Shown here piece after piece: positions 28,033-36,226 of a stretch of DNA of 64,000 nt. The position numbers and the translations under genes are program-made. The stretch comes from Candidatus Woesebacteria bacterium (GTDB taxonomy: Bacteria > Patescibacteriota > Microgenomatia > UBA1400 > PJMF01). Under the pieces are notes generated by a model. It made no database searches, had not been told where the DNA came from, and saw only the letters and a program-made list of their open reading frames with translations. The number at the start of each line of letters is the position of its first letter. Position 1 is the first letter of the stretch. Where the stretch lies: positions 6,884 to 70,883 of the forward strand of contig JAGNLY010000001.1 of the NCBI GenBank assembly GCA_017999345.1, read 5' to 3'.

Positions 28033-29094
28033 ATGAAAATTGTTCATGTTGCCAAATATTACTTGCCACACTTGGGTGGAGTTGAGATACATTTAAAAGA
28101 AATTTCTTCTTTATTGGTTAAATTGGGACATGAGGTCACTATTGTCACCACTAAGCATGATTTAAAATTGGCAGATTCAACAAATTATAATGGCGTCAAG
28201 ATTGTTAGAATTCCAGATTTTCAAGATGAAAAAAATCCTAGTTTACTAAAGATTAAAACTTGGACAGCTATCAAGAAACACAGAGAACTTTTTGATCAAG
28301 CTGACATTGTTCATGTTCATGACGTTTTTTGGTGGATTATTCCAGTTTTTAGGTTAATTAGAAAAAAAACTTTTATCACTTTTCATGGTTGGGAAACAAC
28401 TTACCCCGTGAGTTTTAATGCCAAGATTCAAAGATATCTTTATTCAAAACTTTCACTTGGGTCTATTCATGTTGGTTCATGGATTCAAGATTTTTACTTT
28501 GATAAACCGGATTTTGTAACTTATGGAGGTATTAATCCAAAAAGATTAACCAAATCTAAAATCAATTTTAAAGAAGAAAAAACTAAAAATAAGAAGACAA
28601 TAAAGCTGGCATTTGTTGGCCGACTTTCACAAGATAACGATACCAAAAAATATATTCAGCTTGTTAATGCCCTGAAAAATTTAGGTAAAGAGGTTGAAAT
28701 TATTTGGATTGGTGAAGGAGAATTTCGAAAACAATGCGAAAAATTGGGAAAGGTTACTGGGTTTGTAAAAAATATTAGTAAATATTTAGTGGGTAAAGAT
28801 TTAGTTTTTGCATCATCATATCTTTCAATTTTGGAAGCTCAATTAACTGCTAATAATGTTTGTTCATTTTATTCTAATGAATTAAAAAAAGCATATTTAG
28901 AAAGTTATCCTGGTTCTAAATTTATGCTGATTACTAACTCAATTGATTCAATGATTGCTAAGATTGTATTATTATTTGATTCTCCAAAATCACAACTTCA
29001 ATTTGGTATGTTTGCAAGAGAGTTTGCCAAGCAACAAACATGGGATAAAGTTTTGAATTTATACTTGAAACTTTGGAGAAAAGTTAAAATATAA
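28033..29094 (+). CDS. GT4-family glycosyltransferase
   Basis: The N-terminus MKIVHVAKYYLPHLGGVEIHLKEIS and a C-terminal Rossmann half (FVGRLSQDND...) are typical of GT4. Confidence 0.75.
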   Translation: MKIVHVAKYYLPHLGGVEIHLKEISSLLVKLGHEVTIVTTKHDLKLADSTNYNGVKIVRIPDFQDEKNPSLLKIKTWTAIKKHRELFDQADIVHVHDVFWWIIPVFRLIRKKTFITFHGWETTYPVSFNAKIQRYLYSKLSLGSIHVGSWIQDFYFDKPDFVTYGGINPKRLTKSKINFKEEKTKNKKTIKLAFVGRLSQDNDTKKYIQLVNALKNLGKEVEIIWIGEGEFRKQCEKLGKVTGFVKNISKYLVGKDLVFASSYLSILEAQLTANNVCSFYSNELKKAYLESYPGSKFMLITNSIDSMIAKIVLLFDSPKSQLQFGMFAREFAKQQTWDKVLNLYLKLWRKVKI

Positions 29095-29154
29095 ATATTT
29101 ATTCAATTACTATTATAAATATTAATATACCAATCTAAACTATAAGAACTAAAA

Positions 29155-30099
29155 ATGAAAAAAGTCTCTCTTATTATCACAATTTTAAATGAAGAAGAAA
29201 CAATTATTTCTTTATTAGAAAGTGTGGTTGGGCAAACTATTTTGCCAAATGAATTTATTATTGTTGATGGTGGTTCTTCAGATAAAACAATTAAACTTAT
29301 TAACAAATTTGTTAAGAAAACCCAAAAAACCATTAAATTTCCAATCAAAATTTTAACTAAAAAAGGAAATAGGAGTAAGGGCAGAAACTTTGCGATTGAG
29401 AATTCAAGTTTTGATTGGATTGCAATTACTGATGGTGGTTGTATTTTGGATAAGTACTGGCTCGAGGAATTAACACAAAAGCAGAGGAAAATAGGAGCTC
29501 AAGTTGTTGCTGGTTATTACTCTGCTAAGGCAAGTACTTCATTTGAAAAAGCGGTTGTGCCATATGTTTTAGTGATGCCAGATAAGTTGGACGAGAATAA
29601 CTTTTTGCCCGCCACACGGTCTGTTTTACTTAACAAAAAAATATGGCAAAATGCTGGAAAATTTAATGAAAATCTAAGTGATAATGAAGATTACGAATTT
29701 TCCAAAAGGTTGAAAAATACTGGGGTTGAAATTGGATTTGCAAAGACGGCTATTGTTTATTGGCTGCCACGAAAAACTCTAAAAAGTTTTATAAACATGA
29801 TTTTTAGATTTGCCCGTGGAGATATTCAAGCTGGTATTGTTAGACCGAAAGTTTTATTGATTTTTGGAAGATATTTTGTTGGACTTTTGTTATTAATTTT
29901 TGGAATTTATCAGTACTTTTGGCAACAAAACGTTTGGATATTATTCGGTTTATTACCGGTGCTAATGCTTCTATATATTTTGTGGTCAATTGTTAAGAAT
30001 TATCGCTACTCAAAGCAAAGTTTTTATTGGTACCCGGTACTGCAAATCTCGTCAGATTTGGCTGTAATGTGGGGAAGTATTAAGGGGTTGAGATGGTAG
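29155..30099 (+). CDS. GT2-family glycosyltransferase with C-terminal transmembrane helices
   Basis: VSLIITILNEEETI...FIIVDGGSSDKT, a DGG segment, and 2-3 C-terminal transmembrane helices. Confidence 0.8.
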   Translation: MKKVSLIITILNEEETIISLLESVVGQTILPNEFIIVDGGSSDKTIKLINKFVKKTQKTIKFPIKILTKKGNRSKGRNFAIENSSFDWIAITDGGCILDKYWLEELTQKQRKIGAQVVAGYYSAKASTSFEKAVVPYVLVMPDKLDENNFLPATRSVLLNKKIWQNAGKFNENLSDNEDYEFSKRLKNTGVEIGFAKTAIVYWLPRKTLKSFINMIFRFARGDIQAGIVRPKVLLIFGRYFVGLLLLIFGIYQYFWQQNVWILFGLLPVLMLLYILWSIVKNYRYSKQSFYWYPVLQISSDLAVMWGSIKGLRW

Positions 30100-30100
30100 C

Positions 30101-30349
30101 TTATTTGCTATTTCTTTGTTCCCATTGTTGGATTGCATATTTAATTTTTGATAGGGTGGATTGTTTGTTTAAAATATCGGTATGAGCTGTCATAAGTTCA
30201 TGACTTGTTGTGCCTGTTTTATTAGCGATAACTTTAACGTTTTCTCTTGCTTCTACTAATGAATCCATTACTCTGATTCTAGCTGCTCTGAGTTCTCCAA
30301 TTGAAAGGTGGCTAAAATCAGTTTCGTACCTGTTAGATTCATTCATCAT
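30101..30349 (-). CDS. Hypothetical 82-aa helical protein
   Basis: It starts 1 nt after the ABC-F stop and is therefore likely co-transcribed. No motif recognised. Confidence 0.45.
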   Translation of the reverse strand: MMNESNRYETDFSHLSIGELRAARIRVMDSLVEARENVKVIANKTGTTSHELMTAHTDILNKQSTLSKIKYAIQQWEQRNSK

Positions 30350-30350
30350 T

Positions 30351-31814
30351 TTACCTTTCTAAATCCAACACGTCATCTATTTGAATTTGCCACACAAACT
30401 CATCGACGTGAGATACTAAAATCATAGCACCTTCGAAATCATTTAGGGCAGTGGCAATTATTGGTAAATGTCTAAAATTAATGTGATTAGTTGGCTCATC
30501 TAAAATTAACAAACCTGGTCTTAATAAAACTAAGCGCGCAAAAGCAACTAAGCCTTTTTGACCTTCCGACAAACTGCCAATTTCTGACTTAATTAAGTGA
30601 GAGTCAATCAAAAATCCTGATGCCACTGAACGCAAATATTCTTCACCTCGATCATCTCCAGATTCTTGCAGAGCTTTTGAAAGTGCCTGATAAACAGTGT
30701 CTTCAAAATTAAGTGTAGAAAAATCTTGTCGATAATAACCAACCCTTAGGCTTGGTGGTAGTACTAGCCCAGGATGTGTTCCTTTAGCCATTGATTCAAT
30801 CAGAGTACTTTTGCCAATTCCATTTGGACCAATAATTTGTAAATGTCTTTTCTTCATTAAAATTATGTCGGCGGGTTTTGTAATTCTTTGAGTACCATCC
30901 ATAATTGTGAAGGAGGTAATTTTCATAACGTCATTTGGAAAATCTTTTTGCACAGGAATTTTAAATGGTTTAATAGTTCTGTCTTCTTTTCTAACGTCCA
31001 CTTTTTCGCTTTCAAATAGCTCAATTTTTTCTCTCATTTTTTTGGCCACTTTACGCATTTTTCCACCCTTGTGAGCAAAGAAATTAGCTTTATCTTTATT
31101 TTCCTGAATTCCTCGAGCTTTTTGGGCATTTAAACGATTTTCTTTTTCAATTCTGGCTGCAATTTCTTCAACGACATCATAATAGTCGCCAGCATACTGC
31201 TCAATTTTCTTGGTAAAACTGTCTAAATAAAGCACGCCTTTGGTGAAGGTATTTAAGAAATTAGCATCATGAGAAATAACAACTACACTTTTTTGATAAT
31301 TAACCAAAAAGTTAGTTAGGTGTTCAATTCCTGCAAAATCAAGATTATTTGTAGGCTCATCCAACAAGAGAAGATCTGGGTCTTGAATCAATGCAGCTGC
31401 AAGTAACAGTCTAGCTTGTTGGCCACCAGAAAAGTCTGTGAGCAATTTGTCATTACTAGTTTTTAGATTAACTGCATCTAAGACTTGAGCAATTCTTTTT
31501 TTGACTTCATGATCTTCTTTAGGACAGTATTTTTTGAAGTATTCAAGCACTGTTAGTTTTAGGTCTGCAGGAGGAATAACTTGATAAGCAGTTGCGATTG
31601 TGAGACTTCTGTCCACTGAAATTTCGCCAGAATCTGGCTTAATAGCACCAGTTAGAAGTTGAAATAGGGTGCTTTTGCCAGCGCCATTTTGGCCCATCAA
31701 AGCAACTTTCATACCACTTCGTACTGAAAAACTAACTTCATCTAAAATTATTTTGTTGTGGTTAAATGAAAATGAAACATTTTCAAACCTGATTATTGTA
31801 TTTTGATTTGACAT
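30351..31814 (-). CDS. ABC-F family ATPase (two ABC domains, no transmembrane domain)
   Basis: Two Walker A motifs (GQNGAGKST, GPNGIGKST), two signature motifs (FSGGQQ, LSEGQK) and a charged linker between the domains. Confidence 0.85.
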   Translation of the reverse strand: MSNQNTIIRFENVSFSFNHNKIILDEVSFSVRSGMKVALMGQNGAGKSTLFQLLTGAIKPDSGEISVDRSLTIATAYQVIPPADLKLTVLEYFKKYCPKEDHEVKKRIAQVLDAVNLKTSNDKLLTDFSGGQQARLLLAAALIQDPDLLLLDEPTNNLDFAGIEHLTNFLVNYQKSVVVISHDANFLNTFTKGVLYLDSFTKKIEQYAGDYYDVVEEIAARIEKENRLNAQKARGIQENKDKANFFAHKGGKMRKVAKKMREKIELFESEKVDVRKEDRTIKPFKIPVQKDFPNDVMKITSFTIMDGTQRITKPADIILMKKRHLQIIGPNGIGKSTLIESMAKGTHPGLVLPPSLRVGYYRQDFSTLNFEDTVYQALSKALQESGDDRGEEYLRSVASGFLIDSHLIKSEIGSLSEGQKGLVAFARLVLLRPGLLILDEPTNHINFRHLPIIATALNDFEGAMILVSHVDEFVWQIQIDDVLDLER

Positions 31815-31902
31815 TTTTTTATTTAATAAACATCAATTATATCATCAAAATGATCGAGAAAGTTGATAAATTAAATTTTTATGCTCAAATACAATAAGTC
31901 TG

Positions 31903-31911
31903 TGGTATAAT
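31903..31911 (+). promoter_or_regulatory. Extended -10 promoter element (TGgTATAAT)
   Basis: TGGTATAAT is the same 9-mer that precedes tRNA-Arg at 34406. It lies about 200 nt upstream of the lipoprotein gene. Confidence 0.35.
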
Positions 31912-32114
31912 ACTATAGGTTATTATTTAGTCTTGTTATTTCGCATAACAATAAACTGAAAATAACCAAAGTTCTTTAACATACCACGTGATTTAGAAAT
32001 TTAATGATGGCTTGCCCATACTAATTGCATATAAAAATAAAATATGTGCGCTTGGCATGGGCAAGCATGAAATTTAATTCAAACTTGCTCAAATAAATTT
32101 ATTTGGAGAAAGAA

Positions 32115-32447
32115 ATGAAAAAGAATAAAAGCAAGTTTAGTTTTTGGTTTTTGGCGGTTTTGGCCGCCACAATGGTTGTTGTTGCAGCTTGTGGCACAGT
32201 TGCACCGGTAGAAGTTGTTTCGAGCGCGACTTATACGCTCACTAATTCTGACGGTGTCGTCGCCACTATCAGTTGGGATGGTGCCAACTGGAGCTGCACA
32301 ACGGTGCCCGCGATTGAGGGTTCACCCTGCGCCCAAATGTTGGGCTCTCAATACATGTTTTTCTATGGCACTGATAAGATCGCCAAGGAAAAACTCTTGG
32401 GAGGAGTCCAGGTGGGATCATTGATCCCTCAATCAAATTGGAAATAG
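32115..32447 (+). CDS. Putative lipoprotein, G+C-rich relative to its surroundings
   Basis: GGAGAAAGAA precedes the ATG. The signal peptide has a lipobox-like VVAAC. The composition is visibly richer in G+C. Confidence 0.55.
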   Translation: MKKNKSKFSFWFLAVLAATMVVVAACGTVAPVEVVSSATYTLTNSDGVVATISWDGANWSCTTVPAIEGSPCAQMLGSQYMFFYGTDKIAKEKLLGGVQVGSLIPQSNWK

Positions 32448-32461
32448 TAATAAAATTCTTG

Positions 32462-32495
32462 TTTCAGTCTCCGTCTTTTTTGACGGAGACTGAAA
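32462..32495. terminator. Perfect hairpin after the lipoprotein gene
   Basis: TTTCAGTCTCCGTCttttttGACGGAGACTGAAA forms a 14-bp stem. Confidence 0.55.
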
Positions 32496-32538
32496 TTAAG
32501 GAATAAATTTTCACAGTCACGTGGTATAAATTTTCTTT

Positions 32539-32667
32539 GCGGAGAGCGAGGGATTTACCCTCGTCATGCTCACATTTTTACATTATATTGAAGCTCACTT
32601 GATCAGGCACACCCCTAAGAGTATTTGCTAGGTGAACTAAGTTCACTTAGCGGGCACGAGTCATCCC
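32539..32667 (-). repeat. tRNA-Ser-linked element, copy B
   Basis: It differs from copy A by one base. On the minus strand it ends ...GACGAGGGTAAATCCCTCGCTCTCCGC, which is the T-stem/acceptor 3' strand of tRNA-Ser(UGA). Confidence 0.85.
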
Positions 32668-32714
32668 TCAGTTAAATTTGACAAAAACTGAGCTAAAGCT
32701 CACTTTCTGTCTAA

Positions 32715-32732
32715 TGGCGGAGAGCGAGGGAT
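32715..32732 (-). pseudogene. Isolated 3'-terminal fragment of tRNA-Ser(UGA), with CCA
   Basis: The minus strand reads ATCCCTCGCTCTCCGCCA. The upstream sequence is not tRNA-like. Confidence 0.7.
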
Positions 32733-32789
32733 GAAATTGGAACTTTTTTTCTCGATAAAGTGAGGCCTATAGATTAATAATATTTAAAA

Positions 32790-33374
32790 TCATTTTTTCA
32801 ATACATATAAAGTATGATGAGTGAATCTCAAAAAATTGAAAAAAGATTTTTTGTATACAATTTTCAATCCTATTTTTTTAAATTTATTTTCCCATTCTTT
32901 TTCAGAATTAAAGTTTAAAGCAAAGTTCATACTTAATTCTTCTGGAATATTTCCCAAAACATCTCTGAGTTTTACCCATTGCTTTTCAATATTACTTTTA
33001 TATGTATCTTCAAAAATAATAATTCTCTTTTTCGATATTCTTTTAACTTCCTTTAAGATAACATCTTGCTTTTCAATATGATGTAAGACACCAATTAACA
33101 TAGAAAAATCATAAAAATCATTTTTAAAAGGAATCTTTTGTCCATCGAAGATTGCATGAGGGAGATCGGTTAGGTTCATATCAATAACATCTAATCCATT
33201 GATTTTTACTTTTGAGTTTAAAGAAATATATTTTGAAATTAGCATATTGCCCGCACCCACATCCAAACCATTTTTTAGTGATTTAACATGTGGAGAAATA
33301 AGTTGTGCTAGGTATTTAGCTCTAGTTGCTAAAAATGGCCAATAGATAAATTTTAGTGGATTATTTTTTTTCAT
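32790..33374 (-). CDS. Class I SAM-dependent methyltransferase
   Basis: Motif I GLDVGAGNM and the post-I/II blocks (DFSMLIGVLHHI). It is bracketed by copies of the tRNA-Ser 3' end. Confidence 0.75.
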   Translation of the reverse strand: MKKNNPLKFIYWPFLATRAKYLAQLISPHVKSLKNGLDVGAGNMLISKYISLNSKVKINGLDVIDMNLTDLPHAIFDGQKIPFKNDFYDFSMLIGVLHHIEKQDVILKEVKRISKKRIIIFEDTYKSNIEKQWVKLRDVLGNIPEELSMNFALNFNSEKEWENKFKKIGLKIVYKKSFFNFLRFTHHTLYVLKK

Positions 33375-33474
33375 TAATTAAGTAAATGAGTCAAATATAT
33401 TTATGTCAATTAAAATTGATTTTCATCTGCGTATTTCATCACAAAATATGTGGAGATACTTGATTAAGATTATA

Positions 33475-33606
33475 TGGCGGAGAGCGAGGGATTTACCCTC
33501 GTCATGCTCACATTTTTACATTATATTGAAGCTCACTTGATCGGGCACACCCCTAAGAGTATTTGCTAGGTGAACTAAGTTCACTTAGCGGGCACGAGTC
33601 ATCCCC
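33475..33606 (-). repeat. tRNA-Ser-linked element, copy A
   Basis: The minus strand runs GGGGATGACTCGTGCCCGCTAAG...GAGCATGACGAGGGTAAATCCCTCGCTCTCCGCCA. It lies 48 nt downstream of tRNA-Ser(UGA), after a hairpin. Confidence 0.85.
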
Positions 33607-33654
33607 ACTTATTATGTACAAAAAAATGAACTAAAGTCCATTTTTTGTACATTG

Positions 33655-33738
33655 CGGAGAGCGAGGGATTCGAACCCACGGGACCATAAAGGTCACGGTT
33701 TTCAAGACCGTTGCGATTGACCACTCTGCCAGCTCTCC
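33655..33738 (-). tRNA. tRNA-Ser (anticodon UGA)
   Basis: GGAGAGCTGGCAGAGTGGTCAATCGCAACGGTCTTGAAAACCGTGACCTTTATGGTCCCGTGGGTTCGAATCCCTCGCTCTCCG has a long variable arm. CCA is not encoded. Confidence 0.9.
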
Positions 33739-33817
33739 ATACTTCTAGTCAAGAGAAATATTATACCATTCAATTATATCTTTTTGTCTAGTTTTTTTTA
33801 GTGTACACTTATTTTAT

Positions 33818-34378
33818 ATGATGTCCGAAAATGAAAATGATAATGAGCATGATAAAAAGTATGCTGATTATTTTAAAGATATTCCAAAGCCACGCGTAGA
33901 AGATACTATTTTTGAGTGGGATTCACCAAGTAGGCCGTTCAAAAAAAGAAATAGGCAATATCACACCACCGTTATGACGATTGCGATTTTACTTTGTTTA
34001 ATTTTATTTTTTGCTGGTCAAGTGTTAACAATTGCAGTGGTTATAGCCTTAGTTTTTTTAGCCTATATCATGTCAACAATTCCACCTCACGCAATTACAA
34101 ATAAGATTACATCTTACGGAATTAGATCTGATGAAGATTTGTACTATTGGGATGAACTTGGCAGATTTTGGTTTGATGAAAAATATGGACAAAAAATCCT
34201 TCATGTTGAAGTTGGAAGATTTCCACATCGACTTGCATTGCTTTTAGGAAATGAAAAAGAAGAAACTTTTAAAGAAATTTTATCTGAGGTTTTGCTTATG
34301 CAAAAGCCAGCCCTTACTTCAACTGAGAAATTTGCAGATTGGTTGAAAAATAAAGTTCCTCTCGATCTTGATTCCTAA
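33818..34378 (+). CDS. Hypothetical membrane protein (2 transmembrane helices)
   Basis: Two adjacent hydrophobic helices (TTVMTIAILLCLILFFAGQVLTIAVVIALVFLAYI). No motif recognised. Confidence 0.5.
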   Translation: MMSENENDNEHDKKYADYFKDIPKPRVEDTIFEWDSPSRPFKKRNRQYHTTVMTIAILLCLILFFAGQVLTIAVVIALVFLAYIMSTIPPHAITNKITSYGIRSDEDLYYWDELGRFWFDEKYGQKILHVEVGRFPHRLALLLGNEKEETFKEILSEVLLMQKPALTSTEKFADWLKNKVPLDLDS

Positions 34379-34405
34379 TTATATTTAATTTCAATCAATT
34401 TTCTC

Positions 34406-34414
34406 TGGTATAAT
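34406..34414 (+). promoter_or_regulatory. Extended -10 promoter element for tRNA-Arg
   Basis: TGGTATAAT ends 22 nt upstream of the tRNA 5' end. Confidence 0.4.
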
Positions 34415-34436
34415 ATCGTTTGTAACAAAAATGTTT

Positions 34437-34510
34437 GCACCCATAGCTCAGTTGGATAGAGCATCTGTTTGCGGAATAGAAGGTCGTGTGTTCGAATCAC
34501 ACTGGGTGCA
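34437..34510 (+). tRNA. tRNA-Arg (anticodon GCG)
   Basis: GCACCCATAGCTCAGTTGGATAGAGCATCTGTTTGCGGAATAGAAGGTCGTGTGTTCGAATCACACTGGGTGCA. The anticodon loop is TTGCGGA with G37. Confidence 0.85.
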
Positions 34511-34584
34511 CAAGTTGTGATACTTCAGGCTCGAGAAGATGCCTGGGTACGAGGTGAGAGCGATGCTCTAGAAAGAAATTCATT

Positions 34585-35325
34585 ATGCTTGCCAAAATTA
34601 TTTTTCTAACATTTATCAGCAGCATACTTTCTTTGTTTGGATCCTTTCTATTATCTCTAAAAAAAACTTGGTCAAGAAATTTTACACTTAAGCTAACTGC
34701 CTTTTCTTCTGGAGTTTTATTAACCACCTCATTACTTCATTTAGCTCCAGAATCCATGGAATCTCTAGAACCACAAAATATGTTTACCACCGTATTTTTG
34801 GCAATAGTTTTCTTTTTTGTTTTGGAAAGATTGGTACTTTGGCATCACCACCATGATGATGATTGCCACAATCCTAAACCAACTGCATATTTGATAACAA
34901 TCGGGGATAGCTTCCATAATTTTATTGATGGAGTTTTAATTACTGGAACATTTTTGGTTGATCCAAAGCTGGGGGTTTTTACCGCAATTGCGGTGGCGGC
35001 TCATGAAATTCCTCAAGAAATTGCTGATTTTTCGATAATGGTTGGGGCAGGAGTGAAAAAAAACTCAGCGCTTTTTTATAATTTTGTGTCAGCACTTTTT
35101 TCAGTGCTTGGAGCAATCATTGCTTACTATTTTAGCGCAACAGCTGAGTGGCTAATTCCTTATACAGTGGCCTTTTCAGCGGGAATGTTTTTGTATATCG
35201 CTTTATCAGATTTGATTCCGGAACTTCATCATGACGACTTAGATAAAAGACAGAAATTTGAGCATTTAGTTTTATTTTTCTTGGGAATTTTACTGATTTT
35301 TGTAATTTCACATTTTGAAGTTTAA
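34585..35325 (+). CDS. ZIP-family divalent metal transporter
   Basis: A His-rich loop WHHHHDDDCH, GDSFHNFIDG and AAHEIPQEIADF motifs. Confidence 0.85.
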   Translation: MLAKIIFLTFISSILSLFGSFLLSLKKTWSRNFTLKLTAFSSGVLLTTSLLHLAPESMESLEPQNMFTTVFLAIVFFFVLERLVLWHHHHDDDCHNPKPTAYLITIGDSFHNFIDGVLITGTFLVDPKLGVFTAIAVAAHEIPQEIADFSIMVGAGVKKNSALFYNFVSALFSVLGAIIAYYFSATAEWLIPYTVAFSAGMFLYIALSDLIPELHHDDLDKRQKFEHLVLFFLGILLIFVISHFEV

Positions 35326-35362
35326 AAATTTGTACAATGTTATTGAGTAATTATTAAAAAGT

Positions 35363-35449
35363 GGAGGGATGTCGGAGTGGTTTAACGGCCAGCTCTCGAA
35401 AAGCTTGGGGGACTTACGTCTCACGGGGGTTCGAATCCCCCTCCCTCCG
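35363..35449 (+). tRNA. tRNA-Ser (anticodon CGA)
   Basis: GGAGGGATGTCGGAGTGGTTTAACGGCCAGCTCTCGAAAAGCTTGGGGGACTTACGTCTCACGGGGGTTCGAATCCCCCTCCCTCCG has a long variable arm. Confidence 0.9.
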
Positions 35450-35498
35450 CACTGGTCAGCAATATCGACGAAGTCGATAATTGTTGAGTAGTATGGAA

Positions 35499-35587
35499 GG
35501 GGATGAGAAGCAAGGTGCCCGATCAAGCGAGCCTCAAAATAATATAAGAATGCGAGCGTGACGAGGGTAAATCCCCCTCCCTCCGCA
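35499..35587 (+). repeat. tRNA-Ser-linked element, short copy C
   Basis: GGGGATGAGAAGCAAGGTGCCCGATCAAGCGAGCC...GCGTGACGAGGGTAAATCCCCCTCCCTCCGCA ends in the tRNA-Ser(CGA) 3' strand. It lacks the internal ~44-nt module. Confidence 0.8.
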
Positions 35588-35668
35588 TTGGTCTGAAAAG
35601 AGTTTCAAAATATAAATAGTTAGACACTAAAGTTGATAAAATATTCTTGAAAAGCTACAATAAAAACT

Positions 35669-35962
35669 ATGAAAAATAAAAATATTTACTATTTATATAA
35701 GCTTTTTAATTTCTTAAAAGTTGGCTTTTTTATTTTATTTTCTTCTTGGGTACTTTTATATTTAGTTCCAGCTTTTAGTCAGCCAACTATTTTTACAATA
35801 AAGACTAATATTTTTGAAGTTATTTTTGCAAGACAATATTTTTCAAAATCATTATATATAGCTTTTATACTTGGAATATTAACATTATTACTATTTTTTA
35901 TTACATCATACTTTAGAAAAAAAATAGAGATCATTGATACAAAAAGTAAAAAGAAAAGCTAA
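35669..35962 (+). CDS. Hypothetical small membrane protein (97 aa)
   Basis: Two or three hydrophobic segments. It is very AT-rich and its coding status is uncertain. Confidence 0.4.
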   Translation: MKNKNIYYLYKLFNFLKVGFFILFSSWVLLYLVPAFSQPTIFTIKTNIFEVIFARQYFSKSLYIAFILGILTLLLFFITSYFRKKIEIIDTKSKKKS

Positions 35963-36226
35963 TTATTTTTCAACGGCTTCTTTAGCCTCAAAATATTCAA
36001 ATGAACTAGCATCAAATCTATCTAAAAGACGATGATCCACCATCGAAAATTTGTCCATTACCATTTTTCTTAATTCTCCAGATAAAGGGTTATCTCCAGC
36101 ATCTTCTATTAAATCAGATATTTCTTTTAAATATGAGATTAGCACTTTCTTATTTTCGATATAGATTAGTTTCATTTGCTCAACCTCCTCAGTGGTAAAA
36201 GTTGTTTTATAATTATTATCTGTCAT
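35963..36226 (-). CDS. 87-aa protein of unknown function (paralog of 50502-50765)
   Basis: GGAG in AAAGGAGAT lies about 9 nt upstream of the ATG. A gap-free hand alignment gives 52 of 87 identical residues with the other copy. Confidence 0.6.
   Translation of the reverse strand: MTDNNYKTTFTTEEVEQMKLIYIENKKVLISYLKEISDLIEDAGDNPLSGELRKMVMDKFSMVDHRLLDRFDASSFEYFEAKEAVEK

Noticed and set aside
34511-34584. Metal-sensing riboswitch ahead of the ZIP transporter
   Set aside because: Only about 70 nt are available, with one short hairpin (AGAGCgatGCTCT). I could not match it to the known Mn, NiCo or other metal riboswitch cores by eye.
35308-35526. 72-aa minus-strand ORF. The same applies to 51974-52204 and 53650-53958.
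   Set aside because: Each runs antisense through a tRNA-Ser gene and owes its open frame to the G+C-rich tRNA sequence.
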